Shown: positions 10,066 to 20,250, counted from the stretch's first letter. The stretch is 53,907 nucleotides of DNA from an uncultured Eubacteriales bacterium (GCA_964529775.1 CAZGXK010000001.1:1-53907); one strand, 5' to 3'. Notes: generated from the letters alone by a model not told the origin. A program made the numbers and translations.

Positions 10066-10806
10066 CTACGCCTCGTCGTCCGGGCGGTCCCAGTTGTGCC
10101 AGACGTTCTGGACGTCGTCGTTGTCGTCGAGACGGTCGAGCAATTTGTCCATTTTCTGGCGCTGTTCGGGGTCGTCGATGGTCTGGGTGACATCGGGGAT
10201 CATCTCCAGTTCGGCGGAGACGAAGGTATAGCCTTTTTTCTCCAGATCCTCGCGCACACCGGAGAAATCGTCCGGCTCGGTGACGATCTCCAGCACGTCG
10301 CCGTCGGAGGAGAAATCGGAGGCGCCGGCCTCCAGCGCGTCTTCCATGACTTTGTCCTCGTTGAAGCCCTCCGCTTCGAGGTCCAGAATCCCCTTCTGGC
10401 GGAACATAAACGCGACACAGCCGCTTTGACCGAGGTTGCCGCCGTACTTGTCGAAACAGTGCCGCATTTCCGCGGCGGTGCGGTTGCGGTTGTCGGTGAG
10501 GGTCTCCACGATGACCGCGATGCCGCCGGGGCCGTAGCCCTCGTACCGCAGCGCCTCGAAATTGTCCGCGTTGCCCTCTCCGGCGGCCTTTTTGATGATG
10601 CGCTCGATGTTGTCGTTCGGCACGTTCGCCGCTTTCGCCTTGGCGATGGTATCCCTCAGCCGCGAATTGGCGGCCGGGTCCGCCGAGCCGCCCTCTTTGA
10701 CGGCCACGGCCAGTTCGCGCCCGATCTTGGTGAAGATCTTGGCGCGCGCGCCGTCGGTCTTTTCTTTTTTGCGCTTGATGTTGTTCCACTTGGAATGGCC
10801 GGACAT
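10066..10806 (-). CDS. YebC/PmpR family DNA-binding transcriptional regulator
   Basis: 246 aa, MSGHSKWNNIKRKKEKTDGARAKIFTKIGREL..., the hallmark YebC N-terminus. Confidence 0.93.
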   Translation of the reverse strand: MSGHSKWNNIKRKKEKTDGARAKIFTKIGRELAVAVKEGGSADPAANSRLRDTIAKAKAANVPNDNIERIIKKAAGEGNADNFEALRYEGYGPGGIAVIVETLTDNRNRTAAEMRHCFDKYGGNLGQSGCVAFMFRQKGILDLEAEGFNEDKVMEDALEAGASDFSSDGDVLEIVTEPDDFSGVREDLEKKGYTFVSAELEMIPDVTQTIDDPEQRQKMDKLLDRLDDNDDVQNVWHNWDRPDDEA

Positions 10807-10830
10807 ACGCTATCACTTCCCCTTATGCTG

Positions 10831-11310
10831 TTATGGCTGAGCCGCGGTGACGGTGGCGGCGGCAGAGGCGGTTGTGGTCGCGGTCTCGCCCGCGAGGCGG
10901 GGGTTGGTGCGGGAAGTGGTGGGCTCGCGGGGAACGGTGGTGAACGCGGCGAGCATCTCGGAGGCGTTCGGTTGGTCGTCGAGGTCCGCGTACGCCGCGC
11001 TGATGTAGCCGTAGCCCTCCCCGAAGCGGATTTTGAACCAGTCGCCCTCGCGCCCGACAATCACGAGTTCCTCGCCCCGCGCCATGCCGCCGATCGCCTC
11101 GGTGTTCAGCCCCGGGCCGGAGCGCACGATGAGCTCGCTCGCGTCGAGCACGCCGTGCAGTGTGGTGGTGGGGGCGGCGTCGGTTTGAGTGGTGGGAGCG
11201 GCGTTGGTGGCGGGTGTCTCCGGCGGGGGCGGGGTTTTCCCGCATCCGCCCATGGCAAGCGCCGCCGCGAGCGCCGCCGCGGCCGCCCGCGCTTTGCCTA
11301 TTCCGCCCAT
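10831..11310 (-). CDS. SH3b-domain lipoprotein
   Basis: Start moved to the ATG at 11310 (GGGGGA RBS), giving MGGIGKARAAAAALAAALAMGGC, a lipobox-like sequence. SH3-like core LIVRSGPGLNTEAIGGMARGEELVIVGREGDWFKIRF. The rest of the track ORF (to 11583) is read-in. Confidence 0.7.
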   Translation of the reverse strand: MGGIGKARAAAAALAAALAMGGCGKTPPPPETPATNAAPTTQTDAAPTTTLHGVLDASELIVRSGPGLNTEAIGGMARGEELVIVGREGDWFKIRFGEGYGYISAAYADLDDQPNASEMLAAFTTVPREPTTSRTNPRLAGETATTTASAAATVTAAQP

Positions 11311-11577
11311 CGTGATTCCCCCTGTACCGCCATGCCGCCCCGCTTGGGCGGCTTTTTCTTTTACCCGTTCAGTATACCACAAATTTTTCCGCCGCGCAAG
11401 GGCCATACCGCAAATTCGGCGAAGACAGGGGAGACGGGGAGCCTTGTGCCGGGCAAAGGGGCGCGGCTGTCGCCCGAGGCGGGAGCGGGGGGCCCGATAC
11501 GGGAGAACGCGTTTCTCGGGAGGAGGAAAACTTTTTCCATCCGAAAGAAAAAATTTTCGTTTTTTTTGCGGTTTCCC

Positions 11578-11606
11578 TTGCAATTTTCGGGGATGGGGGG
11601 TATAAT
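11578..11606 (+). promoter_or_regulatory. dcw/mraZ promoter (TTGCAA-17 nt-TATAAT)
   Basis: TTGCAA at 11578-11583, a 17-nt spacer, and TATAAT at 11601-11606. About 100 nt upstream of mraZ. Confidence 0.7.
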
Positions 11607-11614
11607 GAGCCTAT

Positions 11615-11652
11615 AAGTGGGGCAAAGTGTGGAGTTGTGAAGTGAAGTGGGG
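11615..11652 (+). promoter_or_regulatory. MraZ operator-like direct repeats (AGTGGGG / AGTGTGG) with 10-bp phasing
   Basis: AAGTGGGG at 11615, AAGTGTGG at 11625, GTTGTGAAG near 11634 and AAGTGGGG at 11645. They lie immediately downstream of the -10. Repeated GTG-type boxes downstream of the mraZ promoter are the described MraZ binding architecture. Confidence 0.6.
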
Positions 11653-11708
11653 AATTATCCACTTTTTCCACCGGGTTTTCCACAAAATCGGAGGGAGGTG
11701 GACAGGCG

Positions 11709-12128
11709 ATGCGCGGCAGATATCGGCACACCATCGATGCCAAGGGGCGCGTGGCGATTCCCGCCAAGATGCGCGAAACGCTGGGGGAGAATTTTATCGC
11801 CGCCGTGGTGATGGATCCGTGTATCAGCCTGTACACCCAGAGCGGATGGGACGATATGATGCGAAAGCTAGAAGATCTCTCGCTCACCCGCTCGCGTCAG
11901 CTTTTGCGCTACCTCTCCTCCAACGCGGCGGATGTCTCACTGGACGCGCAGGGGCGCATTCTCCTGCCCCGTCACCTGATGGAGCACGCGCGGCTCGAAC
12001 GGGAGGCGCTGATCATCGGCGCCGGGATCGAGCGCGCGGAGATCTGGTCCCCCGCCCTCTTCGAAAAGACGATGGGCGATTTCACCGACGAGGACGTGCT
12101 CGGCGACTTCATCTCGCTCGGCCTGTAA
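11709..12128 (+). CDS. mraZ: division/cell wall cluster transcriptional regulator MraZ
   Basis: 139 aa, MRGRYRHTIDAKGRVAIPAKMRE... with a duplicated DxxGR motif (DAKGRV, DAQGRI). Confidence 0.95.
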   Translation: MRGRYRHTIDAKGRVAIPAKMRETLGENFIAAVVMDPCISLYTQSGWDDMMRKLEDLSLTRSRQLLRYLSSNAADVSLDAQGRILLPRHLMEHARLEREALIIGAGIERAEIWSPALFEKTMGDFTDEDVLGDFISLGL

Positions 12129-12170
12129 ACGCCGCTCCGAAAAAAAGTTACAAAAAGGTTACAAAAAAGG

Positions 12171-12199
12171 TTGCATCTTGTAACTCCCTGTGGTATACT
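12171..12199 (+). promoter_or_regulatory. internal promoter upstream of rsmH (TTGCAT-17 nt-TATACT)
   Basis: TTGCAT at 12171-12176 and TATACT at 12194-12199, preceded by the tandem GTTACAAAAAG GTTACAAAAAAG. Confidence 0.5.
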
Positions 12200-12282
12200 A
12201 AACGTAGTGGTCAAAGGGAGAAAAAAACCCGTTATCTTGTTGCCGCGCGGCCCGGGCGGCGGAAAAGGGAAGAGGCGTCGGC

Positions 12283-13260
12283 ATGGGCGAGACAGGCGCG
12301 CGGTACCATGTGCCGGTGTTGCTGGAACCAACGCTCGCGGCGCTGTCGATCGACCCGGACGGGGTGTATGTGGACGGCACGGCGGGCGGCGGCGGTCACG
12401 CCGCGGCCATCGCCTCCCGGCTGAGGGGCGGGCGGCTGTTCGCGCTCGACCGCGACCCGGACGCCGTCGCTCAGGCGGGCGAACGGCTGCGGGGTCTGCC
12501 CGCCACGGTGGTGCAGGCCAATTTCACGCAGGCCGCGCAGGTGCTTTCCTCTTACGGGATTGCCGGGGCAGACGGAGTGCTGCTGGATCTCGGGGTGTCC
12601 TCTCATCAGCTGGACGATGCGTCCCGCGGCTTTTCCTATCACCGCGATGCGCCGCTGGATATGCGCATGAGCAGGGCCGGCCGCTCGGCGGCGGATCTCT
12701 GCCGCGAGTGCAGCGAGGAACAGCTGGCCGAAATTTTCCAGAGGTACGGGGAAGAGCGGTACGCCCGCCGCATCGCGAGGGCCATCGTGAGCGAGAGGGC
12801 GCGCGCCCCGATAGAGACCACGGGGCGGCTCGCCGACATCGTCCGAGCGGCGTACCCCGCCGCCGCGAGACGGGAGAAGCACCCGGCGAGAAAGGTGTTT
12901 CAGGCGCTGCGCATCGCGGTTAACGACGAGCTTACCTGTCTCTCGCGCGGGCTGGATGTCTGCTTTGATCTGCTGCGGGAGGGAGGCCGGATCGCGGTGA
13001 TCACCTTCCACTCGCTGGAGGACCGCATGGTCAAAGAGCGTTTCGCCGCTTACGCGCGCGGGTGTATCTGCCCTCCGGAGAGCCCGGTGTGCACCTGTCA
13101 CCGCACCCCGGCGGCGCGGTCGGTGCACCGCAGGCCGGTGTGCGCCGATGCCGAGGAGATCGCGGCGAACCCCCGCAGCCGCAGCGCGAAGCTGCGGTGC
13201 ATGGAGAAGTTGCACGAGCGGTACGCGGACGAGACCGGTGCCGCGGGGCCGAGAGAATGA
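12283..13260 (+). CDS. rsmH: 16S rRNA (cytosine1402-N4)-methyltransferase
   Basis: 325 aa. YHVPVLLEP, DGTAGGGGHA, DLGVSSHQLD and ITFHSLEDR motifs. Confidence 0.95.
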   Translation: MGETGARYHVPVLLEPTLAALSIDPDGVYVDGTAGGGGHAAAIASRLRGGRLFALDRDPDAVAQAGERLRGLPATVVQANFTQAAQVLSSYGIAGADGVLLDLGVSSHQLDDASRGFSYHRDAPLDMRMSRAGRSAADLCRECSEEQLAEIFQRYGEERYARRIARAIVSERARAPIETTGRLADIVRAAYPAAARREKHPARKVFQALRIAVNDELTCLSRGLDVCFDLLREGGRIAVITFHSLEDRMVKERFAAYARGCICPPESPVCTCHRTPAARSVHRRPVCADAEEIAANPRSRSAKLRCMEKLHERYADETGAAGPRE

Positions 13261-13311
13261 GCAGGGCCGGACGCGGCCGGACGACACGATAAAGGGAAAG
13301 GATGGTTTCGC

Positions 13312-13788
13312 ATGGGCAAAGGTTCTTCCGAGGCGTATGATCTTTCGCTGTTCGAGACAAAAGAGCCCCAGCTTCACGCGGTGAAATCCCCGCAGAGAGA
13401 GGCGATGCGGGAGCAAAAGCGCGAGCGCGCCCAAAAGCGCAAGCAGCACGCGGCGGTCGCCCTCGTGGTGGCCGCGGTGGCGGTGCTGATGATCCTGATG
13501 GTGGTCTCCCGCATTCAGCTGACCGAGCTGAACGGCCGGATCGCCGAGGCGCAGGATCAGCTGGCCATCCTCCAGAGCGAGAACAGCCGGCTGAGCAACG
13601 AGCTCGCCGCCAAGACCTCCGCCGAGAGCGTGGACGCCTACGCCGAAGCGAACGGCATGAGTGCGGCGGAATCGTATCAGATCGAGTACATCACGGTGGA
13701 CGGCGGCGACCAGGTGGCGGTGTCCGAAGACGGAACATCCTCGGTTTTCGACGCCATCGGAGCGGCGATATTCGGAAAGGGCGATTAA
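13312..13788 (+). CDS. ftsL: cell division protein FtsL-like (single TM plus coiled coil)
   Basis: 158 aa. TM helix AVALVVAAVAVLMILMVV followed by a coiled-coil stretch (LTELNGRIAEAQDQLAILQSENSRL). Canonical position between rsmH and the PBP. Confidence 0.75.
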   Translation: MGKGSSEAYDLSLFETKEPQLHAVKSPQREAMREQKRERAQKRKQHAAVALVVAAVAVLMILMVVSRIQLTELNGRIAEAQDQLAILQSENSRLSNELAAKTSAESVDAYAEANGMSAAESYQIEYITVDGGDQVAVSEDGTSSVFDAIGAAIFGKGD

Positions 13789-13967
13789 AGGCGGCGCCGC
13801 ATCATGGCGCGTTGCGCCGATGAGGCGGGCTTTTTCCGTCGTTTCTCTTACCGGCGACAGCCGAGAGGGGCGAAAGCGCGGCACCGAGAGCCGGGATGAC
13901 TATTCTGGCTCTCGTTTATTGTCCGCGCGCGAGGACGTTCACTTTTTTCGGAAAGGGGCAACGGCAC

Positions 13968-16268
13968 ATGGGGCGCACCCCGCGCGAGCAGACAGAGATA
14001 TCCCCCGTCTTGCCGGAGGACGATGCCAAGGCGGCTTCCAGGCGGCCGACCCGCCGGATGTGGCGGCGGGCGCTCATCGTTCTGTTCGGGGTGATTTTTG
14101 TTTCTTTCGCGGTGATCATCGCGCGGCTCGCCGTGCTGCAGATCGCGCAGAGAGACGAGTGGCAGCGGCGCGCCACCGCGCAGCAGCTCTCCGACACCGT
14201 CATCTCCCCCAACCGCGGCGCCATCTACGATTGCCACATGGAGACGCTCGCGCAGAGTATGCAGGTGTGGACGGTGATCATGTCCCCGCACAACATCGAA
14301 AACGAGGAACAGCGGGTGATGATCGCCGACGAGCTCTCCCCGATGCTCTCGGTGGACCGCGACGAATTATATCAGAAAACCCTGAAGACCGAATCCCAGT
14401 ACGAGGTGGTCAAGCAAAAGATCGAGCGCCCGCTCGCCGAGAAGCTGATCGCCTGGGTGGAGGAAAAGGGCAAAGAGATGCAGGGCGTCTTCCGGGTGAT
14501 CAGCGATTACAAGCGCACTTACCCCTACGGTTCCCTGCTCTCCTGTGTGCTGGGATTTACCGGCACCGATTACTACGGGCTGTACGGGCTGGAGGCGGAG
14601 TACGACGAGGTGCTGCGCGGCAAGGCCGGGCGGATCGTCACCGCGCAAAACGGCGCGGGCGCGGAGCTGCCCGATGCGGTCCCTTACGAGAAGACGGTGG
14701 ACGCGGAGGACGGCGACAGCCTGGTTCTCTCGATCGACCAGACGATTCAGCACGTCACGGAGAAATACCTGGAGGAGGCGGTGGCGCAGACCGGCGCCAC
14801 CAACCGCGCCTGCGCGATCGTGATGGAAGTGGACACCGGTGCGGTGCTCGCGATGGCGACCAAAGGGGATTTCGACCCGAACGACCCGTGGACGGTGGCC
14901 GACCCGAACGAGGCGGCGGCGATTGCGGCGCTCTCGGGGGACGAAGCGGATCAGGCGCTCACGGATGCGCGGCAAAAGCAGTGGGTCAACAAGGCGATCT
15001 CCGAGTATTACGAGCCCGGCTCCGTCTTCAAGATGTTCACCACCAGTATGTCGCTGGAGGAGGGGGTCATCTCCGAGGAGAACACCTTCACCTGCGAGGG
15101 GTACGAGACGGTGCTGGACCGGACCATCCGCTGCGACGTTTACCCCGGCAAGCACGGCACCCAGACTCTGGCGGAGGCCATCTGCCACTCCTGCAACCCG
15201 GCGTTTATTCAGATCGGCCTCTCGGTGGGGCGCGAGCTGTTTTTCCGCTATTTTACCGGCTTCGGCTTTACCGAGCAGACCGGCATCGATATGCTCAGTG
15301 AGGGGGTTATCACCTCCTCCCTCTACCACACCGAGGACGATTTGAATCCGGTGCAGCTGGCGACCTCCGCGATGGGGCAGACATTTAAGGTCACCCCCAT
15401 TCAGATGGTGACCGCGATGTCCGCCATCGCGAACGGCGGCAAGCTGATGCAGCCCTATGTCGTGCAGCAGGTGATCGACAGCGAGGGCAACGTGGTCTCC
15501 AACACCACCCCCACCGTCAAGCGCCAGGTGATCTCCTCCGAGACCGCCTCCCGCGTCTCTGCGCTACTCGCGAACGCCGTGACCAACGGCGGCGGGCGCA
15601 ACGCCTATGTGGAGGGCTACCGCGTCGCCGGAAAGACGGGGACTTCCGAGAAGACGGATACCGAGGGCGACGACGTGGTCGCCTCCTTTGGGGGCTTCGC
15701 CCCGGCGGACGACCCGCAGGTGGCGGTACTGGTGATGATCGATGAGCCGCATTCCGCCGTGCGCTACGGCGGCACCATAGCGGCGCCGGTGGCGAGGAAA
15801 ATCCTCGCCGAAACGCTGCCGTATCTCGGCATCGAGCCGAAATACACCGATGCCGAGCTCGCCGGGCTGAGCGTGGTCACGCCGGCTGTGGAGGGGAAGG
15901 ATATCGCCTCCGCCGAGGCCGAGGTGACCGCCCAGAGCCTGAAGGTGCAGGTGTTCGGAGAGGGGAGCACCGTGGGGAAACAGCTTCCCGAGGCGGGCAC
16001 CGCGATCCCCAAAAACGGGACGGTGGTGCTGTACACCGGCGAGGAGAACGCGCAGGACCACATGGTGGTCGTGCCGGACTTCACCGGGTATTCCCTCTCG
16101 GAGGCGACGGCGCTCGCGGCGGAATCCGGGCTGAACATCCAGTTCACCGGCACGGGGCTGGAGAGCGGCGAAGCGCGCGTGGAGCACCAGAGCGAGACGC
16201 CCGGCACCGAGCTTGCGCGCGGGTCGGTGGTCGTGGTGGAATTTATCTACCGGGACACCATCGCGTGA
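13968..16268 (+). CDS. class B penicillin-binding protein (FtsI/SpoVD-like) with C-terminal PASTA domains
   Basis: Start at ATG 13968 (MGRTPREQ). TM helix, transpeptidase motifs STMK-like EPGSVFK, SCN and KTGT (AGKTGTSE), then two PASTA-like repeats at the C-terminus. Confidence 0.9.
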   Translation: MGRTPREQTEISPVLPEDDAKAASRRPTRRMWRRALIVLFGVIFVSFAVIIARLAVLQIAQRDEWQRRATAQQLSDTVISPNRGAIYDCHMETLAQSMQVWTVIMSPHNIENEEQRVMIADELSPMLSVDRDELYQKTLKTESQYEVVKQKIERPLAEKLIAWVEEKGKEMQGVFRVISDYKRTYPYGSLLSCVLGFTGTDYYGLYGLEAEYDEVLRGKAGRIVTAQNGAGAELPDAVPYEKTVDAEDGDSLVLSIDQTIQHVTEKYLEEAVAQTGATNRACAIVMEVDTGAVLAMATKGDFDPNDPWTVADPNEAAAIAALSGDEADQALTDARQKQWVNKAISEYYEPGSVFKMFTTSMSLEEGVISEENTFTCEGYETVLDRTIRCDVYPGKHGTQTLAEAICHSCNPAFIQIGLSVGRELFFRYFTGFGFTEQTGIDMLSEGVITSSLYHTEDDLNPVQLATSAMGQTFKVTPIQMVTAMSAIANGGKLMQPYVVQQVIDSEGNVVSNTTPTVKRQVISSETASRVSALLANAVTNGGGRNAYVEGYRVAGKTGTSEKTDTEGDDVVASFGGFAPADDPQVAVLVMIDEPHSAVRYGGTIAAPVARKILAETLPYLGIEPKYTDAELAGLSVVTPAVEGKDIASAEAEVTAQSLKVQVFGEGSTVGKQLPEAGTAIPKNGTVVLYTGEENAQDHMVVVPDFTGYSLSEATALAAESGLNIQFTGTGLESGEARVEHQSETPGTELARGSVVVVEFIYRDTIA

Positions 16269-16317
16269 GAGCGCGGGCGGAGAAGAATGTTATCGGGAAA
16301 GGGAGCCGTGGACGAGC

Positions 16318-17772
16318 ATGACGATTTGGGAACTGCTTGAGGACATTCCCGGAAGGGAAACGCTGGACGAATCCGTCGCGTCGCTGCAGGCGGAGGGGCT
16401 CACCTGCGATTCCCGCCGGGCGAAGGCGGGGCAGGTGTTTGTGTGCATCGACGGCACGGCGGTGGACGGCCACCGCTTCGCGCACGACGCGCTGGACGCC
16501 GGTGCCTCCCTTGTGGTGACCCAGCGCCCGATGGGGCTGCCCCGCGAGCTGTGCGTTCCCTCCACCCGACGCGCGTGGGCGCAGATGTGCGCGAACTGGT
16601 TCGGCCGTCCCGCGTCGCACCTGCATCTCATCGGGGTGACCGGCACCAACGGCAAGACCAGCACCACCTATATGCTGAAAGCGATTTTGGAGCGGGCGGG
16701 GCACAAGGTCGGCCTCATCGGCACCATTCAGAACATGGTGGGGGAGAGAATTCTGCCCTCCGGGCACACCACCCCCGATCCGTACGACCTGCAGAGTATG
16801 CTCTCGCTGATGGTGCACGAGGGGTGCACCCACGCGGTGATGGAGGTCTCCTCCCACGCGCTCGACCAGGACAGGGTGGCGGGCTGCCGCTTCGACGCGG
16901 CGGTGTTCACCAATCTCACTCAGGATCATCTGGATTATCACAAGACCATGCAGCGGTACGCCGAGGCGAAGCGCCGTCTCTTTCAGATGGCGAAGGTCGC
17001 CGTGGTCAACATCGACGACCCTTGGGCCCCCACCATGACCGAGGGTTTCACGGGAAAAATCGTCACCTTTTCCGCCTCCGGGCGCGAGGCGGATTTCGCG
17101 GCGGAGGATATCAAGACGCTCGCCGGCGGCGTGGCGTTTACACTGAACGCGGGGGGAGAGCGCCTTCCCCTCACCCTCTCGATTCCCGGGCGCTTTTCGG
17201 TGTACAACGCGCTGGGCGCCGCGGGGGCGGCGTTCGGCATCGGAGTAGAGCTTCCGGTGATCTGCGAGGCGCTGAGCGGCGCCTGCGGGGTGCGCGGCCG
17301 GGCGGAAGTGGTGCCGGTGGACCGCCCTTACACGGTGGTCATCGACTACGCCCACACTCCAGACGGCCTGGAAAACATCTGCAAAACCCTGTACGACGGC
17401 GCCAAGGGGCGTCTGCTCGTGCTGTTCGGCTGCGGCGGGGACCGCTACCGGGGCAAGCGCGCCCAGATGGCGGCGACCGCCGCGAAATACGCGGATTACC
17501 TGATCATTACCTCCGATAATCCCCGAACTGAAGATCCGATGGCGATCATACAGGATATCCTCGAGGGGCTGCCGGAAGGGTTCCCGCACATCGTGGTGGA
17601 GAACCGGGCGGACGCGGTCCGCGCGGCGCTCGCGATGGTAAAGGAGGGGGATACCCTCCTGCTCGCCGGCAAGGGGCACGAGACGTACCAGATTCTCAAA
17701 GATAAGGTGGTCCACCTCGACGAGCGGGAGATCATCGCCGAGACGCTTGGGGGAGAGGCACAGCCGAGATGA
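16318..17772 (+). CDS. murE: UDP-N-acetylmuramoyl-L-alanyl-D-glutamate--2,6-diaminopimelate ligase
   Basis: Start at ATG 16318 (MTIWELLEDI). GVTGTNGKTST P-loop, DYAHTPD and DNPR motifs. Confidence 0.92.
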   Translation: MTIWELLEDIPGRETLDESVASLQAEGLTCDSRRAKAGQVFVCIDGTAVDGHRFAHDALDAGASLVVTQRPMGLPRELCVPSTRRAWAQMCANWFGRPASHLHLIGVTGTNGKTSTTYMLKAILERAGHKVGLIGTIQNMVGERILPSGHTTPDPYDLQSMLSLMVHEGCTHAVMEVSSHALDQDRVAGCRFDAAVFTNLTQDHLDYHKTMQRYAEAKRRLFQMAKVAVVNIDDPWAPTMTEGFTGKIVTFSASGREADFAAEDIKTLAGGVAFTLNAGGERLPLTLSIPGRFSVYNALGAAGAAFGIGVELPVICEALSGACGVRGRAEVVPVDRPYTVVIDYAHTPDGLENICKTLYDGAKGRLLVLFGCGGDRYRGKRAQMAATAAKYADYLIITSDNPRTEDPMAIIQDILEGLPEGFPHIVVENRADAVRAALAMVKEGDTLLLAGKGHETYQILKDKVVHLDEREIIAETLGGEAQPR

Positions 17773-18791
17773 GGGATACCGTAGTGCGCATGGCGGTACT
17801 CAGCGGGACGGTGCTCGTCGGCTTTGCCGCGGCGGCGCTGCTGGGAAAGCTGATCGTGCCGGTGCTCCGGAGGCTGCACCTTGGGCAGACCATCCGCGAA
17901 GAGGGGCCGAAGTGGCACAGGGAGAAACAGGGCACCCCCACCATGGGCGGTGTGATCTTCATCGCGGGCTGCTTTATCGCCCTGCTGGCGGCGCTCATCG
18001 TCTGTGAGACGGCGCTGCCCTACCACCCGCTGAGCGGGGTGACTTCCGCCGAGCGGGCAAGGCTGATCTCCGGCATCTGTTTCGCCGTGGCCTGCGGGCT
18101 CATCGGTTTCGCGGACGACTATATTAAGGTCGTGCGGCACCGGAATCTCGGTCTCACGCCGGGGCAGAAGATTGTGCTGCAAGTGATCGCCGCCGGAGGA
18201 TACGCCAGCGCGATGTTCCTGATCGGGGACGGCGCCGGGATCACCCTGCCCTTCGTGGGAAAGGTGAACCTTGGGTTGTGGTATCTGCCGCTGTGCATCT
18301 TTTTCGCGGTGGGATTTCCGAACGCCGCCAACCTCACCGACGGGGTGGACGGTCTGTGCGGCTCGGTGACCGCGGTCGCCTCTCTCTGTCTGATGACCGC
18401 GGCGACGGTCGGCGGGCATTTCGGGCAAGGCCTGTTCGCTGCGGCGCTCGCCGGGGGGCTCGCGGGGTTCCTGCTGTGGAATCTGCACCCCGCCAAGGTC
18501 TTTATGGGGGATACCGGTTCGCTTTTCTTGGGCGGCGCGGTGTGCGCCGTCGCCTTCGGCATCGGCAGGCCCGCGCTGCTTCTCGCGGTGGGCGTCGTGT
18601 ATGTCGTCGAGACCCTCTCGGTGATCCTGCAGGTGACCTATTTCAAGATCACGAAGGGCAAGCGGCTCTTCAAGATGAGCCCTCTGCACCATCATTTTGA
18701 GCTGTGCGGGTGGAGCGAGAACGTCATCGTCCTCGTCTTCAGCGCGGTCACCGCCCTGTGCGGCGGGATGGCGCTCGCGTTTTTCCGATAA
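17769..18791 (+). CDS. mraY: phospho-N-acetylmuramoyl-pentapeptide transferase
   Basis: 340 aa polytopic. PTMGG, NLTDGVDGL and MGDTGSL motifs. Overlaps the murE stop by 4 nt. Confidence 0.95.
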   Translation: MRDTVVRMAVLSGTVLVGFAAAALLGKLIVPVLRRLHLGQTIREEGPKWHREKQGTPTMGGVIFIAGCFIALLAALIVCETALPYHPLSGVTSAERARLISGICFAVACGLIGFADDYIKVVRHRNLGLTPGQKIVLQVIAAGGYASAMFLIGDGAGITLPFVGKVNLGLWYLPLCIFFAVGFPNAANLTDGVDGLCGSVTAVASLCLMTAATVGGHFGQGLFAAALAGGLAGFLLWNLHPAKVFMGDTGSLFLGGAVCAVAFGIGRPALLLAVGVVYVVETLSVILQVTYFKITKGKRLFKMSPLHHHFELCGWSENVIVLVFSAVTALCGGMALAFFR

Positions 18792-18819
18792 ATTTTTTCA
18801 AAGGCGCAGGTGACTTCCG

Positions 18820-20250
18820 TTGGTCTTTTCCAGTATGGTCTTCGTCTTCCTTTTCTTCGCTGCGGTCCTCCTCGCGCACAGTCTGTGCCGGACCGTCCGG
18901 GCAAAGAATATCTGCCTGCTGGTCGCCTCGCTGATTTTTTACAGCTGGTCCTCTCTCCGGTTCACGCTGATTTTGCTCTTCGAGGTGGCGGTGTGCTGGA
19001 TTTTCGCACGGCTCATCGACCGCTCCCGGGGCAAGGGCAGGCGCGGCCTGCTGATCGCCTGCGTGACGATTCAGCTGCTGGTCTTAGGCGTTTTCAAATA
19101 CCTCGGCTTTTTCCTCGACAATTTCCGCCTGCTCACCGGGCATCCGCAGGTGGTGCCGGATATCGTGCTTCCGCTGGGCATCTCCTTTTACACCTTCCAG
19201 CTCATCTCGTATGTGGCGGACGTCTATCGCGGGGAAATCCCCGCGCAGCGCAAATTCTGGATGCTCCTGCTGTACGCCAGCCTCTTTCACCAGTGCGTGG
19301 CGGGGCCGATTGTGCGGTACAGCGATCTCTACGAGCAGCTGGAGGACCGGCGCATCTCGACCGGCATGACCTCCAAGGGAATCAGCCGCTTCACCGTTGG
19401 GCTCGCCAAGAAAGCGATTCTCGCCAATTCCTGCGCCCTTGTCGCCGACGCCTTCTTCAAGGGGGACGCGGCGGCGCTGGCGGCCCAACCCGCGGCGGGG
19501 CTGTGGATCTCGGGGCTTGCGTACGCCCTGCAAATTTACCTCGATTTTTCCGCCTATTCGGATATGGCGGTGGGCATGGGGCTGATGTGCGGGTTCTTTT
19601 ACCCCGAAAATTTCCGCTACCCGTATCTCGCCGGTTCGGTGACCGATTTCTGGAGGCGCTGGCATATCACCCTGAGCAGCTTCTTCCGGGATTACGTCTA
19701 CATCCCCCTCGGCGGCAACCGTCGCGGGCTGCCCAGGCAGATTCTCAATCTTCTGGTGGTGTGGCTGCTCACCGGCTTCTGGCACGGCGCCTCGTGGAAC
19801 TACGTCCTGTGGGGGCTCTACTTCTTCGTGTTCCTGGCGGCGGAAAAGCTGATCGGCGAGCAGCGGCTCTCGAAAATTCCGCGGGTCATTCGGCACGCCG
19901 GGGTGATTGTCATCCTCTTCTTCTGCTGGGTTCTCTTCCGCTTTGAGGATCTCCCCTCGCTGTGGACGGCGCTAAAAGGGCTGTTCTGCTTGAACGGCAA
20001 CCCCGCGGGGAACGCGGTGGCGTCGCTCACGCTCCGCTCCAACTGGGCGCTGCTGGCCGTCTCGGTGTTCGCCTGCACGCCGGTGGTGAAAAATATCGCC
20101 GAGAGACTGAGAGAGTCCTGCCGCCAAAGCACGCTGGCCACCAAGGTGTACGCCGTCGCCGACGTGATTCACCCGGTGCTGTGGCTGGTGCTCAGCGCGA
20201 TGGTGCTCACCGGCAACAGCTACAACCCCTTTATTTACTGGACTTTTTAG
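18820..20250 (+). CDS. MBOAT family O-acyltransferase (AlgI/DltB/PatA-like)
   Basis: 476 aa polytopic. FWRRWHITLSSFFRDYVYIPLGGNRRG and the conserved His in TGFWHGASWNY. Start could be TTG 18820 or ATG 18835. Confidence 0.88.
   Translation: MVFSSMVFVFLFFAAVLLAHSLCRTVRAKNICLLVASLIFYSWSSLRFTLILLFEVAVCWIFARLIDRSRGKGRRGLLIACVTIQLLVLGVFKYLGFFLDNFRLLTGHPQVVPDIVLPLGISFYTFQLISYVADVYRGEIPAQRKFWMLLLYASLFHQCVAGPIVRYSDLYEQLEDRRISTGMTSKGISRFTVGLAKKAILANSCALVADAFFKGDAAALAAQPAAGLWISGLAYALQIYLDFSAYSDMAVGMGLMCGFFYPENFRYPYLAGSVTDFWRRWHITLSSFFRDYVYIPLGGNRRGLPRQILNLLVVWLLTGFWHGASWNYVLWGLYFFVFLAAEKLIGEQRLSKIPRVIRHAGVIVILFFCWVLFRFEDLPSLWTALKGLFCLNGNPAGNAVASLTLRSNWALLAVSVFACTPVVKNIAERLRESCRQSTLATKVYAVADVIHPVLWLVLSAMVLTGNSYNPFIYWTF

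Noticed and set aside
10096-11616. 506-aa plus-strand ORF across the YebC and SH3-lipoprotein loci.
   Set aside because: It lies antisense to two supported genes. The product is Gly/Arg/Val-rich with no domains, so I treat it as a shadow ORF.
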